Assembly: GCA_002392285.1 (NCBI GenBank) | Contig: DGGR01000001.1 | Location: 1-28,763 of the forward strand | Source: Verrucomicrobia bacterium UBA3869 | GTDB lineage: Bacteria; Verrucomicrobiota; Verrucomicrobiia; Opitutales; UBA9783 | DNA length: 28,763 bases | Direction: 5' to 3' | Notes under the pieces: model-generated | Database searches by the model: none | The model's input: only the letters and a program-made list of their open reading frames with translations | What the model was told of the DNA's origin: nothing | Part shown: one piece after another, positions 1 to 9,210 of the stretch | How positions within the stretch are numbered: the first letter of the stretch is position 1 | Layout of the letters: every line of letters begins with the position of its first letter | Translations under genes and position numbers: made by a program

Positions 1-403
1 TGCCGGTTTCCAAGATGTGGGATTCCGTGTTTTGTTCGGTTAATCCAGGTGCGGTTCGATGAATCGGTAGATAAGCTTCAGCCTCAATAGGACCACGGTC
101 ATCTACGGGCGTTCCCGTTACGTTTAAAATACGTCCGAGTACGCTTTTACCAACGGGTACAGTAATGGGTTTACCGGTATCGTTAACCGACATGCCGCGT
201 TTTAATCCATCCGATGAAGACATGGCAACCGTACGAACTAATCCTTCGTACAAGTGTTGTTGAACTTCCAACAAAATCGGTTGTTCTTTCCCATCGATGG
301 TTAACGTAACCTCCAAGGCGTTATAAATGGGCGGTGTGTTATCGGCTTCAAATTGGACATCAACGACGGCACCAATAACCTGAACAATTTTTCCTACATT
401 CAT
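1..403 (-). CDS. atpD: F1 ATP synthase beta subunit, N-terminal part (3' end runs off the window)
   Basis: The reverse complement from ATG (401-403) reads [19 protein letters not shown]...LEVQQHL...[15 protein letters not shown]...[15 protein letters not shown]. This is the typical AtpD N-terminal beta-barrel domain. It lies directly downstream of atpG in the canonical order. Confidence 0.9.
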   Translation of the reverse strand, partial: MNVGKIVQVIGAVVDVQFEADNTPPIYNALEVTLTIDGKEQPILLEVQQHLYEGLVRTVAMSSSDGLKRGMSVNDTGKPITVPVGKSVLGRILNVTGTPVDDRGPIEAEAYLPIHRTAPGLTEQNTESHILETG

Positions 404-414
404 ATACTTCTTAT

Positions 415-1302
415 TTATGCAGTGTGCTGACTGGCTGAAATTTCGACGATTTCTTGAGTAATGCCTGCTTGGCGTGCTTTGTTATACTCTAGCTGTAGTG
501 TTTGGATCAGGGATTCAGCGTTGTCGGTGGCTCCCTTCATAGCTACCATACGGGCGCTATGTTCCGACGCCTTCGCTTCCAGTAAGATTTGATAGAGTGT
601 TTTTTTCAAAAAAAGGATGGGTAAGCGTTCCAAAATGGTTTTACCATCGGGTTCAATAATGAAATGGGTATCGTTGGCTTTAGGGTTAGTAGTCGTTGGA
701 GCCCCTGACCATTCTTGTAGCTTTTGTACTTCGCTTCTTAAATCCGTCATGGGGAATAAATGGCGCAAGGTAGGTTCTTGAACCAAGGTGTTTTTAAAAC
801 GGGGGAATAGAACCTCAATCGTATCGATTTGTTTATTCTCGAACGCTTCCAATAAAAAATGTACCACCGTTTGAATCTGTTGAAATTTAATGGTATCGGG
901 GCAGTTAAAGTGCGCCAAGATATCCGAATGACAGTGCGATAGGAACTGTACGCCCTTACGCCCGATGGCAATAAAGCGTGTGGTTTTGGGAAGTGTTAGC
1001 AGGGTGCGCAGTAAGTTTTGGTTGAGGGAACCACAGAGACCCTTATCGGGGGTAATCAACAGAATACCTCGGTGTTGAACCGGACGTTCTTCAAGGAACG
1101 GATGATGGATGGATTCCAACGGTACCTGTTGCGTAACAGCTTGGAACAACGCAGCCAATTCGCAAGCGTACAGACGGCTTCCTAAGGCGCTATCCTGCGC
1201 TTTTTTCATCTTAGAGGAAGCGACTAATTCCATAGCGCGCGTGATTTGAGCCGTGTTTTTAACGGCTCGAATGCGCGTCCGAATTGCTTGCATTCCTTTC
1301 AT
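415..1302 (-). CDS. atpG: F1 ATP synthase gamma subunit
   Basis: 295 aa. The N-terminus is [26 protein letters not shown] and the C-terminus is [16 protein letters not shown], both gamma-subunit hallmarks. It sits between atpA and atpD. Confidence 0.9.
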   Translation of the reverse strand: MKGMQAIRTRIRAVKNTAQITRAMELVASSKMKKAQDSALGSRLYACELAALFQAVTQQVPLESIHHPFLEERPVQHRGILLITPDKGLCGSLNQNLLRTLLTLPKTTRFIAIGRKGVQFLSHCHSDILAHFNCPDTIKFQQIQTVVHFLLEAFENKQIDTIEVLFPRFKNTLVQEPTLRHLFPMTDLRSEVQKLQEWSGAPTTTNPKANDTHFIIEPDGKTILERLPILFLKKTLYQILLEAKASEHSARMVAMKGATDNAESLIQTLQLEYNKARQAGITQEIVEISASQHTA

Positions 1303-1306
1303 ACGT

Positions 1307-2851
1307 TTAGGCTTGCTTTAAATTTTGGGCACCCCATTCTTTGAAAATCGTTTCCATCTGTTGTTCTAAAGATTCCGACAGAACCTTTTCGCGCCGTAAT
1401 TGAGCCAAAAAGTCTTTCTTAAGATCCATGACATAATCGGTTAACGATTTTAGGATGGTAGGCATATCGGTTAATGGAACGGCATCAAAAAATCCCTTTT
1501 GCATGCCCCACAAGAGAACAACCTGCAATTCCGCGGGTCGAGAAACGTGAGCGCCTTGCTTGATAAGCTCCAAAATATGCTGCCCGCGCGTTAATTGTTG
1601 GCGGGTTTTTGCATCCATATCCGAACCGAACTGCGTAAAGGCTTGGAGCTCTTGATACTGCGCCATATCGAGTTTTAACTGACCTGCAACCTTCTTCAGG
1701 GATTTAATTTGAGCAGCAGATCCTACGCGCGAAACGGAAATTCCGACCGAAATAGCGGGGCGTAAACCTTGATTGAACAGATCGGTTTCCAAGAACAGCT
1801 GCCCATCGGTGATTGAAATAACATTGGTTGGAATGTAAGCGGATACATCACCTGCCTGGGTTTCAATGATAGGCAAAGCGGTTAAGGAACCACCCCCGTA
1901 ATTGGAATTGAGGCGCGCTGAGCGTTCCAACAAGCGTGAATGGAGGTAGAATACATCTCCTGGATATGCTTCACGACCCGAAGGACGCTTTAACACCAAT
2001 GAAATTTGTCGGTAGGCAACTGCATGCTTCGATAGATCGTCGTAAACGATTAACGCATCCATGCCGTTTTGCATAAAGTATTCGCCCATAGCGGTGCCAG
2101 CATAAGGCGCAATATACTGATTGGTTGCGTTTGCAGATGCGGGAGCTGCTACCACAATTGTGTATTCCAACGCTCCATGATCTTCTAAAAGCTTTAAGGT
2201 ACGCGCTAGGGTTGCATTTTTCTGACCAATGCACACGTAAATGGAGTAAACGGGGCGAAAATCAGGGGTGTTATCTGCAAGTCCTTGGCGGTTTAACTCT
2301 GCCTGATGAAGAATGGCATCGAGTGCCAAAGTTGTTTTACCGGTTGAGCGATCACCAATGATCAGCTCACGCTGTCCACGGCCGATAGGGAACATGGCAT
2401 CGACTGATAAAATACCCGTTTGTAAGGGCTGATCAACCGATTTACGGGTAATAATTCCAGGAGCAATTTTTTCAACGGGGTAATAGGTTTTAGTTGCTAA
2501 ATCGCCTTTGCCGTCGATCGGATGACCTAAGGCATCAACCACGCGCCCTAGTAATTCTTTACCTACCGGAACGGACAATAGGTGTCCGGTGGTTTTGCAG
2601 GAATCTCCTACCTTTAGTTGACTATAATCACCAATTAAAATGGTTCGTACTTCATCTTCTTCCAAGTTCAAAGCAATGCCATAAACGGAATTAGGAAATT
2701 CCACCATTTCGTTGTACATGACATCGGATAGACCCGCGATCTTTGCAACGCCATCGGCTAACTCTTCAATCTTGCCGACGTTGGTGTGAATAGCCTTGGG
2801 CTGGAAAGAGCTGATCGCTGCTTTAATCTCTGTATAAATGCTCGTTGTCAT
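1307..2851 (-). CDS. atpA: F1 ATP synthase alpha subunit
   Basis: 514 aa. It has the Walker [10 protein letters not shown], plus [22 protein letters not shown] and ITDGQLFLE, all typical of AtpA. Confidence 0.97.
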   Translation of the reverse strand: MTTSIYTEIKAAISSFQPKAIHTNVGKIEELADGVAKIAGLSDVMYNEMVEFPNSVYGIALNLEEDEVRTILIGDYSQLKVGDSCKTTGHLLSVPVGKELLGRVVDALGHPIDGKGDLATKTYYPVEKIAPGIITRKSVDQPLQTGILSVDAMFPIGRGQRELIIGDRSTGKTTLALDAILHQAELNRQGLADNTPDFRPVYSIYVCIGQKNATLARTLKLLEDHGALEYTIVVAAPASANATNQYIAPYAGTAMGEYFMQNGMDALIVYDDLSKHAVAYRQISLVLKRPSGREAYPGDVFYLHSRLLERSARLNSNYGGGSLTALPIIETQAGDVSAYIPTNVISITDGQLFLETDLFNQGLRPAISVGISVSRVGSAAQIKSLKKVAGQLKLDMAQYQELQAFTQFGSDMDAKTRQQLTRGQHILELIKQGAHVSRPAELQVVLLWGMQKGFFDAVPLTDMPTILKSLTDYVMDLKKDFLAQLRREKVLSESLEQQMETIFKEWGAQNLKQA

Positions 2852-3238
2852 CTAAGATAAATGTTGTTTGATGTTTTCTAATTGTCCTTTTAACGAGACG
2901 TCCCAACGGTTATCGCCGATTTGGAAGCGAAAGCCTCCTAACAACTCAGAATTTTCTTCTGCTACCCATTGGGTGTTCTTGTCGTTGAGCGCTTGAGTTT
3001 TAATTTGTTCCAACAGTTCGCTTTGTAATTGATGGGCATACTCCAAGACAGCATAGCGATTTTTGTATTCTTTCAGGAGGCAAAAGCCATAGTATTCCAA
3101 AAAGTGCTTAGCGTCGCGCGGATAGCTATGAATGAGGAAGCCGACAACCTCTTTAATGCGTGCTTGCAAAGAGGATTCCTGCCCCTCAAAGGTGATGCGG
3201 GCAAGCGTTTGGATCAATGCTTTATGCTTGCGTTCCAT
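2852..3238 (-). CDS. atpH: ATP synthase delta (OSCP) subunit, unusually short
   Basis: It occupies the position between atpF and atpA. The C-terminus LLGGFRFQIGDNRWDVSLKGQLENIKQHL matches the delta C-terminal consensus. It is only 128 aa and overlaps atpF by 17 nt. Confidence 0.7.
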   Translation of the reverse strand: MERKHKALIQTLARITFEGQESSLQARIKEVVGFLIHSYPRDAKHFLEYYGFCLLKEYKNRYAVLEYAHQLQSELLEQIKTQALNDKNTQWVAEENSELLGGFRFQIGDNRWDVSLKGQLENIKQHLS

Positions 3239-3791
3239 GTTCTTCCTTTTCCGCTAATAGCGTTGCTGCTTTTTGATTAAGCTTTTGGCGCATATCATCT
3301 GTTAGGATGGAACTCAAAAGCTTCTCGGTTGCCGCCACTGCTAAACTGGCCGTTTCATGCCGTACCTCGGATAGTAATTGGGCACGTTCCGTAACCAATG
3401 CGTTTTGGGATTGCTCTAACAACCGAGCCATCTTTGCTTCTGTTGCTTTCGTTTGTTCGCGCGTATACAGTTCACAATCAGCTTTGGTTTTGGCCAACAA
3501 GGCTTGTGCTTCCTTTTGCGCTTTGGCTAATGTATTGAGGCGTTCTTGCTCCGCTGATGCCAATTGGGCTTTCATGTCCTCTGTGTACTTTAGCCCTTCG
3601 GCAATCTTACTTTTGCGTTCCTCAATGGTTTTGAGAACGGGTTTGATAGCGAAGCGATAAAGGAGGTAGGAGACCAAACAAAAGTTGATCATCTGTGCCA
3701 CCAGCAATTCAGTTTGTATTCCAAACGAATCGGCAAGGCGCACGACCGCATTGTCAGGCGTTCCTGCTACGGCCAAAACTCCAAGAATCAT
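3222..3791 (-). CDS. atpF: Fo ATP synthase b subunit
   Basis: 189 aa. It has a single N-terminal TM segment (LVAQMINFCLVSYLLYRF) followed by a long Ala/Glu/Lys/Gln-rich helix. It sits between atpE and atpH. Confidence 0.8.
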   Translation of the reverse strand: MILGVLAVAGTPDNAVVRLADSFGIQTELLVAQMINFCLVSYLLYRFAIKPVLKTIEERKSKIAEGLKYTEDMKAQLASAEQERLNTLAKAQKEAQALLAKTKADCELYTREQTKATEAKMARLLEQSQNALVTERAQLLSEVRHETASLAVAATEKLLSSILTDDMRQKLNQKAATLLAEKEEHGTQA

Positions 3792-3798
3792 ACCAGTA

Positions 3799-4008
3799 TT
3801 ACCCTTGGTATAAGAAGAGCGAATAAAACGCTACTGCTTCAGCCAAAGCCATACCTAAAATAGCCTGAACCAAGATTTTACCAGAAGCGCTTGGATTACG
3901 ACCTACCATTTCGACTGCTTTCACTCCGATTAGGCTAACACCAATGGCTGCTGCTAGGCAACCCAATGAGGAGGTTAATCCTCGTGCGATATCTCCAACA
4001 ATATTCAT
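3799..4008 (-). CDS. atpE: Fo ATP synthase c subunit
   Basis: 69 aa hairpin protein with a GRNP polar loop and a carboxylate in helix 2 (LAEAVAFYSL). It sits between atpB and atpF. Confidence 0.85.
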   Translation of the reverse strand: MNIVGDIARGLTSSLGCLAAAIGVSLIGVKAVEMVGRNPSASGKILVQAILGMALAEAVAFYSLFLYQG

Positions 4009-4052
4009 TTTTTATCTTTTTTAACTGTTTTGTACGACTTTAATAAACCTCA

Positions 4053-4901
4053 TTACTCATGAGCTTCTTCATGGTTGCATATACTACCAATATAGACTGC
4101 TACAAGTAAAGTAAAAACGAACGCTTGGACAGCGCCAATTAAAATTTCGAGGAAATAGAAGGGAATAGGCACTAGGAATTTTGCCCATGGAGCTAAGGCC
4201 ATGATGTTGTTAATCAGGTTTTCGCCCCCAAATACATTACCATACAAACGAAAGGATAAGGAAATCAAGCGGAACAGGATCGAAATACATTCGATAAATC
4301 CAACGGCTAAGAAGATGAAGAATAAAAAGGTGTAAATACCAAACGATAATTCTGATCGATCCGCCTTATTTCCAAAGATATGCAGGAGCGTTCCCTTAAG
4401 CCCTTCGTTTTTGACGACGAAGTATCCCCAAGCGAGCATGGCGATAGCCGCTAACGCCAGGGTTGCGTTGAGGTCAGCGTTGGATGGTCGGAAAAAGTAA
4501 GTAAAATGATTTCCTTGGTAGAAACCAATGGTCCCCACTCCCGGCAACAAACTGCTCCAGTTTTGTATTAAAATGTAGATGAAAAACCCAATTAACAAGG
4601 GAAATGCTTGCCCCATAACGCGTTTGCCCACAATGGGTTCTACAAGCGAATAAATACTCTCAATTATTCCTTCAACCACCAACTGGCGTTTATTGGGTAC
4701 CATCTGCGGATTTTTGATAAACAAGCGCATCAGGATAATGATCGCTGCTGAAATAATCCACGTGTACAGCATCCCGTTGGTGATGGGGAAATGCCCAATG
4801 CGATAAAGGACGTAGGGTTTGGGGCTTACGGCAACGCCTGCATACGCGTTACCGCTCAGTAAGCAAGCTAAAACGATAATTCCCCATTGGTACATATTCA
4901 C
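4053..4901 (-). CDS. atpB: Fo ATP synthase a subunit
   Basis: 282 aa polytopic membrane protein. It carries the essential-Arg motif SLSFRLYGNVFGGE (compare LRLFGN..AGE). Confidence 0.9.
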   Translation of the reverse strand: MNMYQWGIIVLACLLSGNAYAGVAVSPKPYVLYRIGHFPITNGMLYTWIISAAIIILMRLFIKNPQMVPNKRQLVVEGIIESIYSLVEPIVGKRVMGQAFPLLIGFFIYILIQNWSSLLPGVGTIGFYQGNHFTYFFRPSNADLNATLALAAIAMLAWGYFVVKNEGLKGTLLHIFGNKADRSELSFGIYTFLFFIFLAVGFIECISILFRLISLSFRLYGNVFGGENLINNIMALAPWAKFLVPIPFYFLEILIGAVQAFVFTLLVAVYIGSICNHEEAHE

Positions 4902-4929
4902 TTTATCTTATCGTTTTTTTAAACGTTTT

Positions 4930-5817
4930 TCAATAGGTAAATTTTGATGCCTTAGCAGGCCGTTTTTTAGCTAGCAGCGTCCACAGGTAGATAACCAGTA
5001 AAACGCACAGGACAAACCAAGAATGGGTTAAGCTTCCGTTACCCCACCAAGAAGGCGGTTGGGGCGCGAAATAATACCATTGCCGCGATAATAAAAGGAC
5101 AAACACAAGACCTTGGTGAAATCCGATGCTTGCCCATAGCGTTTGGCATTGGGTGCGTAAATGGATTAATAGGCCGCTCAAAAGGAACAGGCACAAGAAA
5201 TAAGTCAGTTGAAAGCCATGTGCAATATTAACCAGGGAACTTTTGGCGCACAGAAAACTTTGAATCCATAAGGATGGATGTTCGCTGTCGGTGCACATGG
5301 AAAAGTGCATTAAGGCAAACAGGAGCGATAGGAATAGGGTGCTTAAGCCTACGGAATAGCGTGTGCGTAACGCATCCCATAAGAATCCGCGGAACATGAT
5401 TTCTTCCAAGCATACTAAGAAGAAGCTGCCGACAAAAGCTCCTACGAAGCGCAAGTGCCCGTCGGGGTAATGGAATACAGGTGGAATAACGGCCATAATA
5501 ACGGCAAATAGCACACACCAAAGCAGGCAGCCGGCAACAAAGGTGCTTAAGTAGTGTTTAAAGGTGCTGCGTAGGTGCCAATTCTCCAAAAAATGGTTGG
5601 ATTTGGATAACCAGAGAACTGTTGCAAAGAAGCTGACCATGCGGATGCGATCCAGGTATTGCGATAGAGGTTTTGTGGCTAAATGATGGAGGGCTTTTAG
5701 CGAACAGATATGATCAATAAGCTGTACGCATTGATAAAGGATAGGGGTTAAGATAGCCGCTCCCAAAAGGACGCACAGGTACAATCCGATAAGCCAAATT
5801 AAGCTAAATTTCCTCAT
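4930..5817 (-). CDS. CPBP (CAAX/Abi) family intramembrane metalloprotease
   Basis: 295 aa, multi-TM. It has motif 1 EEIMFRGF (EExxxR) and motif 2 FALMHF (FxxxH). The third motif is divergent (FHQGL). Confidence 0.8.
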   Translation of the reverse strand: MRKFSLIWLIGLYLCVLLGAAILTPILYQCVQLIDHICSLKALHHLATKPLSQYLDRIRMVSFFATVLWLSKSNHFLENWHLRSTFKHYLSTFVAGCLLWCVLFAVIMAVIPPVFHYPDGHLRFVGAFVGSFFLVCLEEIMFRGFLWDALRTRYSVGLSTLFLSLLFALMHFSMCTDSEHPSLWIQSFLCAKSSLVNIAHGFQLTYFLCLFLLSGLLIHLRTQCQTLWASIGFHQGLVFVLLLSRQWYYFAPQPPSWWGNGSLTHSWFVLCVLLVIYLWTLLAKKRPAKASKFTY

Positions 5818-5824
5818 GAAAACA

Positions 5825-5901
5825 TGGTGGGAAGTACTGGATTCGAACCAGTGACCCCTAGCGTGTCATGCTAGTGCTCTAACCAACTGAGCTAACTCCC
5901 C
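5825..5901 (-). tRNA. tRNA-Val (anticodon GAC), CCA encoded
   Basis: A hand-folded cloverleaf of GGGGAGTTAGCTCAGTTGGTTAGAGCACTAGCATGACACGCTAGGGGTCACTGGTTCGAATCCAGTACTTCCCACCA. The acceptor stem has 7 bp, the anticodon stem is CTAGC/GCTAG with loop AT-GAC-AC, and the T loop is TTCGAAT. Confidence 0.9.
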
Positions 5902-5944
5902 GGATGGTAAGTTTACAATGAAGCGTTGAGTTGAGTTAAGCAAG

Positions 5945-5971
5945 CAAAAACGTATCCTATAAGCTTATAGG
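5945..5971 (-). terminator. Possible intrinsic terminator downstream of glgC
   Basis: A perfect 16-bp palindrome CCTATAAGCTTATAGG (5956-5971) lies about 30 nt past the glgC stop. On the minus strand it is followed by ATACGTTTTT. The stem is AT-rich, so it is weak. Confidence 0.4.
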
Positions 5972-6000
5972 GCTGTTTTTACCGGTTGTTTTAAGCGGCC

Positions 6001-7269
6001 TTATAGGATGGTGTTATCCGGTATAATGCCATTTTTTTCGATGCACAAAATACCATCTTGAATATGAATGGAGCCTTGATGGAATCCATTCGGTTTCCCT
6101 TCGGGCGATAAGCGTACGTTGTTGCCAATGCGTACATTGCGATCCAAAATAGCATTGCGGATATAACAGTTCTCTCCAATGCCAATCAGCGGTGTGTCGG
6201 TTGGGTTTTCGATGGGCTCATAATGGTCTGCACCCATCATGTAGACGTTTTCCAATTGGCTGTTGCTGCGGATGATGGAACGGATCCCAATGACCGACCG
6301 ATTGAGTTGAGCATTTGTGATGATGCATCCTTCAGCCACGATGGAATGGTCGACCGAGCAGCTGTTCAACTTTGAGGCAGCCAAATTGCGGGGTTTCGAG
6401 TAAATAGGAGCCCATTCGTTGTAAAAATCGAACATGGGAAGGGGGTCGGTGAGCATCAAATTGGCCTCAAAAAAGGCTCCAATGGTTCCAATGTCTGCCC
6501 AATAATCATCAAATAGATAACCGGATAATCGGTACTTACCTAATGCATGTGGTACGATATCCTTGCCAAAATCGTGGTCTTCAGAGTTTAAACATTCTTT
6601 GAGCACGCTAGCTTTAAAGGCATAGATTCCCATAGATGCCATGCAGTAGGGTTGGTCGCTGCTATCCTTTAGTTGGTTGCGTAATGAGGGGGGTAAAAAT
6701 AATGTTTTAAGGACAGCTTTGTCCTGCGGTTTTTCAACAAAGCGTTTGATTTGATGATCTTCGGTTATTTCCATCAAACCAAATTGATGAGCCTGCATAG
6801 CGGGTATAGCCTTAGCAGCAATCGTAATATCTGCTTGGCTTTGCAGATGGTGACGAACGAAGGCATGAAGATCCATGCGGTATAGTTGGTCGCCGGATAA
6901 AATGAGGACAATCTCATCATCGGCCCATTGAATATGGATTAAATTCTGACGTACAGCATCGGCGGTTCCACGGTACCAATCGTCGTTCACATTGGTTTGT
7001 TCGGCAGATAACACCTCTACAAATCCACCGGAAAAATAATCGAAGCGGTAGCTTTCTTGAATATGGCGATGCAGCGATTCCGTGTTGAATTGGGTTAACA
7101 AGTAAATTTTATTGTAACCGGCGTGTAAGCAGTTACTAATAGGGATATCAACCAAGCGATATTTTCCTCCCAAGGGTACGGCAGGTTTACAGCGTACTTG
7201 GGTTAAGGGGGCTAAACGGGATCCGCGTCCTCCGCCTAAGATAATACAGCAAACGCGCGTAGGATTCAT
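6001..7269 (-). CDS. glgC: Glucose-1-phosphate adenylyltransferase
   Basis: It has ILGGGRGSRLAPLT, the GGKYRLVDIPISNC motif and a C-terminal left-handed beta-helix region. I moved the start to MNPTRV (ATG 7267-7269), because the longer ORF would overlap glmS. Confidence 0.9.
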   Translation of the reverse strand: MNPTRVCCIILGGGRGSRLAPLTQVRCKPAVPLGGKYRLVDIPISNCLHAGYNKIYLLTQFNTESLHRHIQESYRFDYFSGGFVEVLSAEQTNVNDDWYRGTADAVRQNLIHIQWADDEIVLILSGDQLYRMDLHAFVRHHLQSQADITIAAKAIPAMQAHQFGLMEITEDHQIKRFVEKPQDKAVLKTLFLPPSLRNQLKDSSDQPYCMASMGIYAFKASVLKECLNSEDHDFGKDIVPHALGKYRLSGYLFDDYWADIGTIGAFFEANLMLTDPLPMFDFYNEWAPIYSKPRNLAASKLNSCSVDHSIVAEGCIITNAQLNRSVIGIRSIIRSNSQLENVYMMGADHYEPIENPTDTPLIGIGENCYIRNAILDRNVRIGNNVRLSPEGKPNGFHQGSIHIQDGILCIEKNGIIPDNTIL

Positions 7270-7332
7270 GATGCTTGAAGGGATAAATACTGCTTGACGA
7301 ACCAATGGGTTATCATACGTTTCTTAATATCC

Positions 7333-9192
7333 ATGTGCGGTATTATTAGTTATATCGGAAAACAGGATGCCTTGCAAATTCTTATTAAGGGTCTGAAATG
7401 CGTTGAATATCGCGGTTATGATTCAGCAGGTATTGCGATTGGCGATGAACAGCATCCCTTTCGGATTGAACGTTCGGTCGGGTACATTGAAAATTTAATC
7501 AAGCATGTTAGCCCTTTAGGATTAAAGGGACATGTTGGCATTGGCCATACGCGTTGGGCTACCCATGGAGGAATTTTTGAAAAGAACGCCCATCCGCACG
7601 TCAGCAACGATAAGAAGTTTATCCTCGTCCACAATGGGGTGATTGAAAACTATGCTGCGTTAAAAGCCACTTTGTTAAAAACAGGGGTTAAGTTTTACAG
7701 CGATACGGATACGGAAGTATTGGTTAACCTAATAGCGCAGTATTATCAACAATTGGAACAATTACCTACTTCTCAACGCTTTGAGGAAAGCGTACGTAAA
7801 AGCTTAGCGGAAGTTCAAGGCACGTATGGAATCGTGGTTATTTGTACGGATTGTCCGAATGAATTGATTGGGGTACGTAAGAGTTCGCCGTTGGTTTTGG
7901 GCATCAATCCGGATGGTTTGTTTTTGGGCAGTGATGTAGGTGCTTTTTCGGGGCATATTGAAAATGTTGTTTATCTGTCCGATCATGAGATGGTGCATAT
8001 TAAGGGCATGGATTATCAAATCACGGATTTGATGAATGGATCGGTAACGTCACCCTCACTTGAAACCATTGACCGTGAACAGAACACCGCCGATTTGGGG
8101 GATTTTCCAAACTATGCCAAGAAAGAGATTTTTGAACAGGGAACGGCGCTGGGAAATATGTATTTAGGGCGCTTTTCGTCCGATGGAAGTTCAGCGCATT
8201 TGGGTGGATTGCAAATTACTCCTTATGAATTGCGCCAGGTGGAACGTATTTTGTTGTTAGGCTGTGGATCTTCGCTCTATGCCTCTAAAATTGGTGCTTC
8301 GTTGATTGAAACCTACGCGCGTATTCCGGTTGATGTAGAGTATGCGTCGGAATTTTGTTACCGCAATGCTCCGTTAAATAAAAACACCTTGGTTTTTGTG
8401 GTCAGTCAATCTGGCGAAACCTTGGATACCCTCAATGCTTTGCGCGAGGTAAAACGGAAAGGATTCCCGACCTTGGCCATTACCAATGTCGTAGGTTCGA
8501 CCATTGCGCGTGAAGCCGGTTGCGGTATTTATTTGCATTTAGGGATGGAGGTTGGGGTTGCAGCTACCAAATCCTTTACTGGTCAAGTAGGTATGTTAGC
8601 GCTATTGGCCCTGTATTTAGGGCGTATGCGCGATATGAGTTTTACCGATGGTCGTCAGTTCGTTCAGGCCCTGCAAAGTTTGCCACAAAAGGTGGATGAG
8701 GTATTGGCGTTATGCGACAAACCGATGCAAAAGCTTGCGAAAACCTATGTTGATTATCAGCATTGCTTTTTTATCGGCCGCCAAATGCTGTATCCGGTTG
8801 CGATTGAGGGTGCGTTAAAGCTGAAGGAATTATCCTATATGCATGCAGAAGCTTATCCAGCCGGAGAGCTCAAGCATGGAGCACTTGCGTTGATTGATCC
8901 ATCCGTCCTAACCATTGTGTTGGCTACCAACGAGGAGGTGATGGGTAAAAACATCAGTAATATGATGGAAATCAAGGCGCGGCATGGAAAGGTGATTGCA
9001 ATTGGCCTTGAGGGTTGTGAGATTCCCCAAAAGGCTTACGATGAAGTGATCTATCTGCCGAAAGTTTACCCAGCGTTGTTGCCTATTATTACGGTTTTGC
9101 CGCTGCAATTATTTGCTTATTATCTTGCGAGTGAACGGAAGTGCAATGTAGATAAACCGCGTAATTTAGCAAAATCAGTGACGGTTGAGTAG
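7333..9192 (+). CDS. glmS: Glutamine--fructose-6-phosphate aminotransferase
   Basis: I set the start at MCGI (catalytic Cys2). It has two SIS domains (SQSGETLDT) and the canonical C-terminus LAKSVTVE. Confidence 0.97.
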   Translation: MCGIISYIGKQDALQILIKGLKCVEYRGYDSAGIAIGDEQHPFRIERSVGYIENLIKHVSPLGLKGHVGIGHTRWATHGGIFEKNAHPHVSNDKKFILVHNGVIENYAALKATLLKTGVKFYSDTDTEVLVNLIAQYYQQLEQLPTSQRFEESVRKSLAEVQGTYGIVVICTDCPNELIGVRKSSPLVLGINPDGLFLGSDVGAFSGHIENVVYLSDHEMVHIKGMDYQITDLMNGSVTSPSLETIDREQNTADLGDFPNYAKKEIFEQGTALGNMYLGRFSSDGSSAHLGGLQITPYELRQVERILLLGCGSSLYASKIGASLIETYARIPVDVEYASEFCYRNAPLNKNTLVFVVSQSGETLDTLNALREVKRKGFPTLAITNVVGSTIAREAGCGIYLHLGMEVGVAATKSFTGQVGMLALLALYLGRMRDMSFTDGRQFVQALQSLPQKVDEVLALCDKPMQKLAKTYVDYQHCFFIGRQMLYPVAIEGALKLKELSYMHAEAYPAGELKHGALALIDPSVLTIVLATNEEVMGKNISNMMEIKARHGKVIAIGLEGCEIPQKAYDEVIYLPKVYPALLPIITVLPLQLFAYYLASERKCNVDKPRNLAKSVTVE

Positions 9193-9210
9193 CCTTTTAG
9201 GGAGGATGAA

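Noticed and set aside
3307-3660. 117-aa plus-strand ORF antisense to atpF, and similar antisense ORFs at 27093-27701 opposite prfA and 1971-2694 within atpA
   Set aside because: They lie entirely inside well-supported genes on the other strand. Their composition is the low-complexity Ala/Ser/Cys-rich kind typical of antisense frames, and I recognise no motifs in them.
7270-7332. Possible glmS ribozyme or riboswitch upstream of glmS
   Set aside because: Only 63 bp separate the divergent glgC and glmS starts. That is too short for the roughly 170-nt ribozyme, and I saw none of its conserved core.
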